Assembly (NCBI GenBank): GCA_051313645.2
Contig: JBNRSN020000002.1
Coordinates: forward strand, 396,552,001 to 396,616,000
DNA: 64,000 nucleotides
Direction: 5' to 3'
Source of the DNA: Centroscyllium fabricii
Lineage: Eukaryota
The notes beneath the pieces are model-generated. The model was not told the origin of the DNA, did no database searches, and saw nothing but the letters and a program-made list of their open reading frames with translations. Each line of letters starts with the position of its first letter. The stretch's first letter is position 1. Below, one piece after another: positions 49,803 to 60,300 of this stretch. The translations under genes and the position numbers were made by a program.

Positions 49803-50569
49803 CAGTTTTTCTACTTGTTAGCCGAGGAAAAGTGAGACTAGATGTTGGGCCCCAATGCTGCCTTGGCTGAGATCAGCTAATAGTACAGTATAGGAATCAA
49901 ACCTGGGCCCTTTCTGGTCAGTTTGACTCTGTACCAGACTGCTTGGTGCATTCATGTATACTTTTTTAATTATTGTAATTTCAGTGATTGCTCGATCTGT
50001 GTTAAAATATGAGAGATGGGCTCAAGATATTGTCTGGGAGAGAGCTTCACAGGCAAGAGACGTCCATTTGATGACTGTACCTATCTCTTTGTGAACTGTG
50101 GTATAGAAAAGATCATTTTCATCAGGTCCACTGGTCAGCAGAACTTTAGACTACTGAATTCAGGAGAGTTGGATTTTCTCTGCACCTTGCTGAACTATAT
50201 TTCATCAAAGGATGTGTGTAGAATATTGAAGTAAAATGAGTAACAAGGCTGAGCTTTGGTCAGCGTTCTCCCTCTTCTACCAACTTTTCAAATGACCTTT
50301 GTAACTCATTTGTCGTAGTGCAGTTCAGATGTGGTTACAAAGGCAATTTGTGTAACTAAACAAAGTTACAGCCTTTTGGCTCCCTCCCTCATATATATAT
50401 AATTATAGCCTCTCCTTTGTAAAAGCAAGCTGGTCGAGATCAACCAGATAATTGCTATCAGTTGTACAAAGCAAATACTTAATTATAATTTGAATATATT
50501 GAAGCGATTGCATAATCCTGTATTTTATCAAAGGACGTATGTAAATGTTTTTTATTTCTCCTGAATTAG

Positions 50570-50687
50570 GGTGTTTGTTGCTGAATCTCTTATTCCTAAT
50601 GCTGGGGAAGGTTTGTTTGCTAAAGTAGCAGCCAAGCCTGAGACAGTCATGGCTTTCTACAATGGAGTGCGGATAACACATGAAGAG
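50570..50687 (+). CDS. SETD7: SETD7 coding exon 6 (SET domain start)
   Basis: attag|G...GAG|gtgag; (R)VFVAESLIPNAGEGLFAKVAAKPETVMAFYNGVRITHEE; 118 bp. Confidence 0.96.
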
Positions 50688-50783
50688 GTGAGCGGCACAT
50701 TCTCAAAGTTTCTAATAAAGGTAGAAGTTACAAGTCCATTTGTTTAAAAGAAAATCGCAAATATATTTTATATATTTTGCCAG

Positions 50784-50941
50784 GTGGACTCCAGAGATTG
50801 GTCTCTGAATGGGAACACTATATCATTGGATGGTGATACTGTGTTAGATGTCCCTGCGCCTTATACCAGTACAAAACAGTACCTTGCATCATTGGGGCAC
50901 AAAGCAAATCACTCCTTTACTCCCAATTGCATTTATGCCAC
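50784..50941 (+). CDS. SETD7: SETD7 coding exon 7 (SET domain, KANHSF motif)
   Basis: gccag|GTG...AC|gtaag; VDSRDWSLNGNTISLDGDTVLDVPAPYTSTKQYLASLGHKANHSFTPNCIYA(T); 158 bp. Confidence 0.97.
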
Positions 50942-51058
50942 GTAAGTAGTTGTTGTATGTTATGGGTCAACTGCAACTGTGAGTTTTACAAGTGTAAGTA
51001 TTACTGGCGGAGGGAGCGGAAAGGTTGTTAACGCCCCATGTACATTTTTTAATAATCT

Positions 51059-52200
51059 GTTCGACAAGGTCCCGCACGGTCGACTCATGAAGAAAGTAAG
51101 GAGTTGCGGGGTAAACAAAGAAGTAGTGGGATGGATTGAGAACTGGCTGGCTCAGAGAAAGCAGAGGGTAGTGGTAGAGGGCCAATACTCGGGTTGGAGA
51201 CCGGTCACCAGTGGGGTGCCACAGGGGTCGGTGTTGGGGCCACTACTATTTGTAATCTTTATCAATGACTTGGAGGAGGGGACTGAGGGGTGGGTCAGCA
51301 AGTTTGCAGATGACACAAAGATTGGGGGAGTAGTGGACGAGGAGGAAGGAAGTAGAAGGCTTCAGAGGGATATAGATAGGATGCAGAGCTGGGCTGAAGA
51401 ATGGCAAATGGAGTTCAACACGGGGAAATGCGAGGTGATACACTTCGGTAGGGCAAATAGGAATAGGGAATATAGGGTCAATGGCAGTGTCCTGAGCAAA
51501 GCAGAGGAGCAAAGGGATCTGGGAGTATATGTACACAGATCATTGAAGGCTGCCAGCCAGGTGGATAAGGCAGTAAAAAAGGCCTATGGTGTATTGGCCT
51601 TCATCAACAGGGGAATAGAGTTTAAGAACCGGGAGGTCATGCTACAGCTGTACAGGTCACTGGTGAGACCACACTTGGAGTACTGTGTGCAGTTCTGGGC
51701 ACTGTACTACAGGAGGGATGTGGAGGCGTTGGAGAGGGTACAGAGGAGATTCACCAGGATGCTGCCGGGAACGGGGGGAAAGTCGTACGAGGAGAGGTTG
51801 AGGGAGCTGGGACTCTTCTCCCTGGAGCAGAGAAGGAAGAGGGGGGACTTAATAGAGATGTTTAAGATGATGAAGGGGATCGATAGAGTAAACGTGCAGA
51901 GACTGTTTCCACGGGTGGGAAGAACGACAACAAGAGGGCACGAGCACAAGATTCAAGGAGGAAGATTCAGAAGGGATGGCAGGGGCAAGTTCTTTACACA
52001 GAGAGTGGTCGGAGAATGGAATAGGCTACCATCTGAAATAGTGGATGCGGACAGTCTGGGAGCTTTTAAAAGGATGATAGATAGGTACATGGAGGGGAAG
52101 GAAGAGTAGGGGGGACAGGAAAAGAGACGGACTAAGCGCGGCACTACATTGAGGGCCCAAGGGCCTGTACAGTGCTGTATGTTCTATGTTCTATGTTCTC
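51059..52200 (+). mobile_element. Young 5'-truncated CR1 with an uninterrupted RT C-terminal half
   Basis: FDKVPH...[10 protein letters not shown]...KFADD...FFTQRVVGEWNRLP, stop at 52109; (TATGTTC)n tail. Confidence 0.93.
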
Positions 52201-52334
52201 ATTTTGAGGAGTGAAGGTAATAATTAAGTGATCTTGTACTTTTAGTCCTAAAATATAATCATTCTAGATTTGTTTTAATGAACTACATAATCTCTGGATT
52301 GGGGTAGATTTTGGTCTGGGCCTGTTTTTGTAAA

Positions 52335-52600
52335 AGATTTTGGAAAGGGTTCCCACAATGACCGTGTCCAAGGCTACAGAAAGGGCAAGGAGGGATAATG
52401 CACCATGGCCACAGTCCAAGAGAATGTCATTTTTAACTTTGGTTAAGGCCGTTTCAATGCTGTGGGAGACTCGGCAGTGGTAGATCTGTTGAAGGGGGAG
52501 GTGGTTGGACTTTGTCTTGTTGGAGATGGTCAATGCTGGCACTTTTATATGGTACAAATGTTATCTACCACTTGTCAGCCCAAGTTCTCTGCCTGGTGCA
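52335..52600 (-). mobile_element. Old L2-like and other LINE fragments
   Basis: HSIETALTKVKNDIL...LSVALDTV. Confidence 0.55.
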
Positions 52601-52956
52601 TTCTGCCAAATAGCACAGCCAAGATTTTAAACTCTTGGAGAAATTCATCCTTGTTTAGCCTGTTTTTTGAGTGAAAAATTAAGATTGGAGTGAAGAGTTT
52701 CGGATCCTGATCCCTCGTGCCTGATCGCCCCTGAAAGGGCAGCGGTTGCCAAATTGGAAGCCGCCAACGTCCAGCTGTGCAGGGCACCCGCCTGAAACAG
52801 TGTTGGGTGTCCTGCATATGCAAATAGGGGTCCTAATGGCAGTTGTCGGATATCAATTGAAATTGGTCATCAACTGGGGCCATGCATTCTTTCCAGTTTA
52901 ATTTCTGGAGGAGCAGGAGTTCTCCTCCTGGCTCCGCAAAAGTGCTGCAGGCCAAT

Positions 52957-53341
52957 GGGCGGCACGGTGGCACAGTGGTTAGCACTGTTGTCTCACAGCA
53001 CTGGAGACCCGGGTTCAAATCCAGCCTCGGGTACTATCTGTGTGGAGTTTGCACATTCTCCCCGTGTCTGCGTGGGTTTCCTCCGGGTGCTCCGGTTTCC
53101 TCCCACAGTCCAAAGATGTGCGGGTTAGGTTGATTGGCCAGGATAAATTGACCCTTAGTGTTAGGGGGATTGAATATGTGGGGTTACGGGGATAGGGTGG
53201 GATATGTGTTGATGCAGGCTCGATGGGGAGAGGGCAGGGGTGGGGTGCTGAGTTTGGATGATCAGCCATGATCTCATTGAATGGCGGAGCAGGCTCGAAG
53301 GGCCGAATGGCCTACTCCTGCTCCTAGTTTCTATGTTTCTA
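52957..53341 (+). mobile_element. V-SINE, long-tail form
   Basis: V-domain plus CR1 tail. Confidence 0.9.
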
Positions 53342-53958
53342 ATGCTGAACCAGGCTCGTGCCTCTCCGGAATCTTTCTGCAGGCCAGCTCGGTGTCTGAA
53401 ATTTCTACAGCCCCGACCGGCAAGCTGCATTGGCTGTTTCATCCAGCTGAGGCCCAATTTTTGATCAGTCCTGGCGCCGACATCAAGTCCGCGTTGCAAT
53501 TGCACTGCCTATTTCAGGCCGGAAACCAGCACGACTCAAATTTTTCCTTCTCTGTAAGAACGTAAAGCATGCTGTTCTGATTCTCCCTAATCACCTTCAA
53601 ACGGTGAATCATCGTTCACTGAGATATGGGCATACTAAGCTCTAGAAGTTGTAGAAGCTCAAACATTTAACAGCAGGTTTTGATATCTGAATAATGAAAC
53701 TGTTGCGCTTTATGTTTTAAAATAGGACCTGGTAATGAATAATAAATACATGGTGCTAGTAAGAAAAATTGAATACTCGTAATTCAGAATTTTAAAAATC
53801 TCAACAAATATACTTAAACCTCTTAATTCTCACTTACATAATGGTCATTTTTGCTGATGTCTGTTGTAGATCTTCCTGACAATTGGTGGTGATGCTGCAT
53901 TTCTGATACTGTGAAACACACAAATGATTCTCATTATCCTTTTCAATGGAATTGGCCC

Positions 53959-53984
53959 AGAGAGAGAGAGAGAGAGAGAGAGAG
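53959..53984. repeat. (AG)n microsatellite
   Basis: ~13 AG units. Confidence 0.95.
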
Positions 53985-54095
53985 GCTGTTGCTTTAACGT
54001 GCAGCATACTTAAATTAAAACACTTAAAAAAAATTTAAAAAACATTTAAAAAAAACATAACTTTTGGTACATCATTGTAAACTTTTCTGTCAAAG

Positions 54096-54276
54096 GTTTA
54101 TTCATCCTCGGTTTGGGCCTGTTAAAAGCATCCGCACCATCCAGCCAGTACAGAGGGACGAAGAGCTGACAGTAGCTTATGGATACGATCACTATTCTGC
54201 AGGCAAGGGTGCCCCAGAAGCTCCTGACTGGTACAAGCGTGAACTGCAGGCCTTCCAACATGTTCAGCAGAAATGA
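54096..54276 (+). CDS. SETD7: SETD7 last coding exon 8 (end of SET domain, post-SET, stop)
   Basis: caaag|G; FIHPRFGPVKSIRTIQPVQRDEELTVAYGYDHYSAGKGAPEAPDWYKRELQAFQHVQQK*; 181 bp to TGA. Confidence 0.97.
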
Positions 54277-54431
54277 AATTTATGCCGCTTTCTCTTTAAG
54301 CAAGAAGCAAAAGCAGAAGAAGCTATGCACTAAAGCAACATGGAACTGCCAGACTAGAATCTTTAAAATCCCCTGTTCTATGAAGTATCATACAACTTGT
54401 ATTTAAATTATTCAAGGCTTAAATGTTTGCA

Positions 54432-54820
54432 TGATGTGGAGGTGCCGGTGTTGGACTGGGGTGGACAAATGTAAGAAGTCACACAACACCAGGTTATAGT
54501 CCAACAGCTTTATTTGAAATCACAAGTTTTTGGAGCGCTGCTCCTTCGTCAGGTGAAGTGTAGAGATGCACATAGGCACAGCATATATAGTCAGAGAACA
54601 ATGCCAGATTACAGGTAATCGTTCCAACTGCCCTTTAGCACACCTCGGCAGAGAGATAATCACAGCAATCAAAGGTGTGAATGGTGTCCAAACAATGTTT
54701 CCCTGACTGACCGATTGGCCTACTCCTGTTCCTATTTCCTATTTCTTATGAGCAGCGCTCCCAAAGCTTGTGATTTCAAATAAAACTGTTGGACTATAAC
54801 CTGGTGTTGTGTGACTTCTT
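54432..54820. mobile_element. Penelope pLTR-derived fold-back insertion downstream of the SETD7 stop
   Basis: Matches the pLTR at 48200-48330; ~70-bp inverted arms; near-TSD CTTAAAT(G/T)TTTGCA; mutated hammerheads. Confidence 0.8.
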
Positions 54821-55309
54821 AAATTTTTGCAATATGCAATATACAGGATAAGGCACTTGAGCAAGCAGATATGCATTTGTCATTAGCACATGAAAGTTTG
54901 CTATGTAGCAGTAAACCCCATTATTAACCTAATAGTTGTACAGTGTAGCTTGTCATACTGGGCAGTCTTATGAGCAGCAAGTACTTTTCTAAATTGGTTA
55001 ATGGACAGCTATTTGTTCTTTGGCCATTTTTACTGTTTCAAATTAATGTGGTCTGTTCTACTCCTCTACACGTACTGCTTATGGGTTTATAGTGTTCATC
55101 TCTTAAACTTTCTCCAAATACTATCCAATTACAGCTGTTAAATCTTTAGCTAATCTGATTGTGACTCTTGGTCACTAAATCAGCATCATTCAGTGTTGTC
55201 ACTGGGGTTTCAGTGAAGTCGAACACAGGCCTGTATAATTTTTGTACCCTGTCCTCTTTAATTGTGAAATACACTTGACACAATTCAATCAACTTTGGCC
55301 TCAGTTATT

Positions 55310-55600
55310 TTGTGTGTGGAGAAGCATTTTGGGTTGCCTATCATTAGGATGAAGCACTGGTATTTATCAGCCTTTTACTGGTGGAGGGAAGTGATGAGTT
55401 AAGAATTTTTTTGAATAATGTTAACATAAGAAATAGGAGCAGGCTGAAGGGGCCGATTGGCCTACTCCTGCTCCTATTTCTTGTGTTAACATTATTCAAA
55501 GAAATTCTTAACTCATCACTTCCCTCCACCAGTAAAAGACTGATGAATACCAGTGCTTCATCCTGTTGATAGGCAACCCAAAATGCTTCTCCACACACAA
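55310..55600. repeat. Long inverted repeat (~134-bp arms) centred on a CR1 tail fragment
   Basis: 55310-55443 is the near-perfect reverse complement of ~55466-55600. Confidence 0.95.
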
Positions 55601-55675
55601 TATAAATATATATATATACACGATTGGTGTGACATAGTTGATAAGGTGTGAGATGTCAACTTTCCATTTTCTGTT

Positions 55676-55825
55676 CGATAGCAAAATACTGCAGATGCTG
55701 GAAATCCGAAATAACAACAGAAAATGCTGGAAAAACTCAGCAAAGGGTCCTAACCCGAAACGTCAACTCTATTTCTCTCCACGGATGTTGCCTGGCCTGC
55801 TGAGTTTTTCCAGCATTTTCTGTTA
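55676..55825. mobile_element. Miniature palindromic Penelope-derived element
   Basis: 15-bp TSD TTTCCATTTTCTGTT (55661, 55826); same arms as 49219-49802; partial hammerhead GGGTCCTAACCCGAAACGTCAACT. Confidence 0.75.
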
Positions 55826-56783
55826 TTTCCATTTTCTGTTGTTTACTTCACTACACAAAACAAAGCCAGCAACTGAAGGCATTATCCAAATAGAGAATTA
55901 TGGCAATATCACCAAGTAACATTTAATCTTGCTTTAGGTGTAAAGCTATAATCTCAGCCACAGGCAAGCATTTTTTCTCTAAAGAACAGTAGCACAAGCT
56001 AAACTTTTGTGTTTTAGTACAATGCCATTTCCTGAAAGCTTGACTAGCTGAGCTATTGTGTTTGTAACTGCCGTTTGCAGCCTTACTAGAATTACATGGT
56101 TTTGCTAATGAAACTGAAAAAACTTAACTGGTGAGAGTACGAGAGAATGGAGTTCTACCAAAGGTTTACAGATTCACCTTGAATATTTTGATGTGTGTAT
56201 CATTTCAGTGTAGTAAATGAAAATGTGTGCATTTTATAAGAGAGTCTGGGTAAGCATGAGAATTGTTTAGGTTGTTGGGGGTGGGAAAGCATTTTTTGGT
56301 TCAGACAAACTGAATTATGCTGTATTCAGTCTATAAAGTTAATAACTATGGGGGAAGAAGAATTGTTTTCTAATCCTTTAAACACAAAAGTGGTAAATTG
56401 TGAATAAATTGATTTTTACCATAAAGATTGTAATGTGCAGAAGAACAAATCGAGGATCTAATTGATTAAAATGTTGAGATATATTACATTTTTTTAATTA
56501 TCGACTGTTTTCAAATATGAATTGCCTGTTCATTTTAAGCCCAACCTTTTGTAAATGATTCTTCTGCTTCAGATCACTCTAATTTGATTTTGAAATGAAA
56601 ATGAGGGATGGGTTACAGTATTTCAGAATAAGTGTAATGTACATTTTGATCTTTCTACAGCATTGTACTGTATACATCACTAATGGCCTTTGTGGACTTG
56701 TCAACATATTGAACATCAAAACCTGGTGCAGAAGTTCTGCATTACTGAGTGACTTCATATTATAGCAGTAGGTTGTCAGTGGC

Positions 56784-56789
56784 AATAAA
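56784..56789 (+). terminator. Candidate SETD7 polyadenylation signal
   Basis: AATAAA followed ~60 nt later by a GT/T-rich tract (ctgtgttctgttttgtttt); another AATAAA near 56403; position inferred only. Confidence 0.4.
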
Positions 56790-56934
56790 TGCTCAAAGCT
56801 AACAACCGACTGGACTATTCACTATTTTCACCGCCTAAGACGTTATTGATCCTGTGTTCTGTTTTGTTTTAATTTAAGTTACAAGGTGGATTTATCAGCT
56901 ATTAATTGTATAGTTTGGGGATATTTTAATTGTT

Positions 56935-57100
56935 CAATGGATAAATGAACCGTGTGGTGTGGTACTGAGCAATACAGGCCAAGAAGGACCAAAGTTCAAC
57001 CCCCGTTCTGTGCGGAGTTAGCTGGTCGTCGAGCGAGCAGAAGTGGGTGCAACACAGTTGGCTTTAACATCCCAGGCCTGAGGAGGAGGGTTAAAAGCTA
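56935..57100 (+). mobile_element. AmnSINE2-like SINE 5' part; the 3' part appears to resume at ~62790-62960
   Basis: gtgtggtactgagcaatacaggccaagaagg...ctgtgcggagttagctg; later ggtcaaatagcctgc...gtgcccatggaac...ccttcag. Confidence 0.6.
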
Positions 57101-57361
57101 CAGTACCCAATCTCCTAATATGCACCATAATGTAGATAAATGTGAGGTTATCCACTTTGGTGGCAAAAACGGAGGCAGATTATTATTTGAATGGCAATAG
57201 ATTGGGAGAAGGGGGAAGTGCAATGAGACCTGGGCGTCCTTGTGCACCAGTTGCTGAAGGTAAGCATGCAGGTGCAGCAGGCAGTTAAGAAGGCAAATGG
57301 TATGTTGGCCTTCGTAGCGAGAGGGTTTGAGTACAGGAACAAGGAAAACTTGCTGCAGTTG

Positions 57362-60300
57362 TGACGTAACGTCAATTGGTCTTAATAAAAGACTGGACGA
57401 GTAGTTACCGTAACTAAAGGCTTTTATTAACTTACTATGGAGCTACCCTCCGAACGAACATCAGAACAGAATGAGGGAGCCTCGGTCAGTCCTCACCTAT
57501 AAAGCCCTCACCTGGGGGAGGAGTTAGTGTGGCTGACCTGGCTCCACGGCAGTATTACAGGGCTGTGTATCACACACAGCCAATTGTTGGCAACAATAAT
57601 ACAGTGGTAAATATATACAATATGGGTTACCACATTCACCCCTTCTTGAAAATTTTAAGTCCGGTAGGGTGAATGGACAGAGCAGTTCAATATGAGCCTG
57701 TCCGGCGGTCGTGTCAGCCTGGAGGACCGCCGGGGCTCCGACAAAAGTTCCTCGTGTTCCGTCCTGCTCGAGTCCGGTGGTGGTGACCGCGGCTCTGGTG
57801 CCGTGATTTCGGATGTTGTTGGTCTCAAATGGTCCGAGCCATCGGAATGGTGGTCTTGGGCTGGCCACGGCTGGGGCTCTGGAAACCTCGGAGGCCATCG
57901 TAGGTGTAGGGGGTGTTCTGGATACTGTGGCTGGGCGGGCTGCTGCCCGACCAGGGGCTCTGCTGCGGTGCTTCCTGCGGGCGCCAGGTCCCTGATGGAT
58001 ACGGTGTCCTCACGCCCGTCTGGGAACTGTACATATGCGTATTGCGGGTTCGCATGCAGGAGCTGCACATTGTCCACAAGGGGGTCGGTCTTGTGGCCAC
58101 GGACGTGTCTCCTAAGGAAGACCGGCCCCGGTGTCGTGAGCCATGGAGGAAGAGCTGTCCCCGAAGTCGACTTCCTGGGGAAGGAAAAAAATCAAGTCAT
58201 GAGGGGTGGCGTTAGTGGCCGTACACAGAAGAGAGCGTATAGAATGCAGCGCATCTGGGAGGACTGCCTGCCAATGGGCCACTGGAAGGCCTCTGGACTT
58301 CAGAGCCAGGGTGACCGCCTTCCAGATGATCCCATTCTCCCTTTCTACCTGGCCGTTCCCCCGGGGGTTATAACTGGTCGTTCTGCTCGTGGCAACCCCT
58401 TTCTGGAGCAGAAACTGACGCAGTTCATCGCTCATGAACGATGACCCCCGGTCGCTATGGATGTAGCTGGGGAGACCGAAGATGGCGAACAGCGTGGTGA
58501 AGTGTTTTATCACCGTTGCGCTCGTCATATCTGCGCAGGGGAAGGCGAAGGGGAAGCGGGAGAACTCATCTACGACTGTGAGGAAGTATGAGTTGCGGTC
58601 GGTGGTGGGGAGGGGGCCTTTGAAGTCCACGCTTAGACGTTCAAAGGGGCGGGTGGCCTTGATGAGGTGCACCGTGTCTGGCTGGAAAAATTGGGGTTTG
58701 CACTCGGCGCAAACAGGGCACTCTCGGGTCATAGCCTTGATCTCCGTGATGGAGTAGGGGAGGCTACGGGATCTAACGAAGTGGGCGAGTCTGGTGACAC
58801 CCGGGTGGCAAAGGCGGTCGTGGAGGTCCTTCAGCCGGTCTAGCTGGGCACTGGCGCACGTTCCCCTGGACAGTGCGTCCGGGGGTTCATTGAGTTTACC
58901 TGGTCGGTAAAGAATGTCGTACTCGTAAGTCGAGAGTTCGATCCGCCACCGCAGGATCTTATCATTCTTGATCTTACCCTTTTGTTTATTATTAAACATA
59001 AACGCCACCGACCGCTGATCGGTGAGAAGGGTAAAACGCTTACCGGCCAGGTAATGACGCCAGTAGCGCACGGCCTCCACGATGGCCTGGGCCTCCTTTT
59101 CCACTGCAGAGTGGCGAGTTTCGGGTCCCTGTAGGGTGCGGGAGAAAAACGCTACGGGCCTGCCTGCCTGATTCAGGGTGGCAGCAAGGGCAAAGTCCGA
59201 AGCGTCGCTCTCCACCTGGAAGGGAATGGATTCATCAACAGCGAGCATGGTCGCCTTGATGATGTCTTCCTTTATCCGGGCGAATGCCGTTTGGGCTTCT
59301 ACCGAAAGGGGGAAGACGGCAGCCTTGAGGAGTGGTCTAGCCTTGTCCGCGAACTCTGGGACCCATTGTGCGTAATAGGAGAAAAATCCTAGGCATCTCC
59401 TCAAGGCTTTGGGGTTGTGAGGTAGGGGCAGTTCTTGAAGGGGGCGCATACGCTGTGGGTCGGGGCCGAGGGCCCCGTTCTCCACCACGTATCCGAGGAT
59501 GGCGAGCCGGTCTATATTAAAGACACATTTGTCTTTGTTATACGTGAGGTCCAGCTTATCCGCCGTGTCAAGGAATTTGGCCAGATTGGCATCGTGGTCC
59601 TGCTGGTCGTGGCCGCAGATGGTCATGTTGTCCAGGTAAGGGAAAGTGGCCCGCAACTCGTTCTGGTCAACCATGCAGTCCATCTCCCGTTGGAACACTG
59701 ACACTCCGTTGGTCACGCCGAAGGGGACCCGGAGGAAGTGGTAGAGCCGACCGTTCGCCTCGAAGGCGGTGTACGGGCGGTCGGCTTTCCGGATCGGGAG
59801 TTGGTGATACGCCGACTTAAGGTCGATCGTGGAGAACACCTTATATTGGCCGATCTGATTGACCATTTCCGAGATGCGGGGGAGGGGGGAGGCGTTGAGC
59901 CCGGTGTAGCGGTTGATAGTCTGGCTGTAATCGATAACCAGCCGCTGTTTCTCGCCAGACTTCACCACTACTACCTGGGCCCGCCAGGGGCTGGTGCTGG
60001 CTTCAATTATCCCCTCCTTCAGCATACGCCCGACCTCCGACCTGATAAACGTGCGATCCCCCACACTGTACCGCCGACTCTTGGTAGCAATAGGTTTGCA
60101 CTTGGGGTCGAGGTTGGCGAACAGTGAGGGGGGGTCGATTTTCAGGGTGGAGAGGCCGCAGGCCGGGCTCCGCTTTGGGAAGGGACTGTCCCGGCTACTG
60201 ATGGTAAGGGGGGGGCAAGGTCCCGCCGAACTCCATTGTCACGCTCTTGAGGTGGCACTGGAAATCCAGACCTAGTAAGGCTGGGGCACACAACTGCTTG

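Noticed and set aside
50979-52109. 376-aa ORF starting just after exon 7 as a SETD7-RT fusion or a host gene
   Set aside because: Read-through of the exon 7 donor stops at once (GCC ACG TAA); the ORF is a truncated CR1 RT with no true ATG start.
54064-54095. N-terminal part of the 70-aa ORF 54064-54276
   Set aside because: This is the intronic acceptor region; SETD7 homology begins at 54096.
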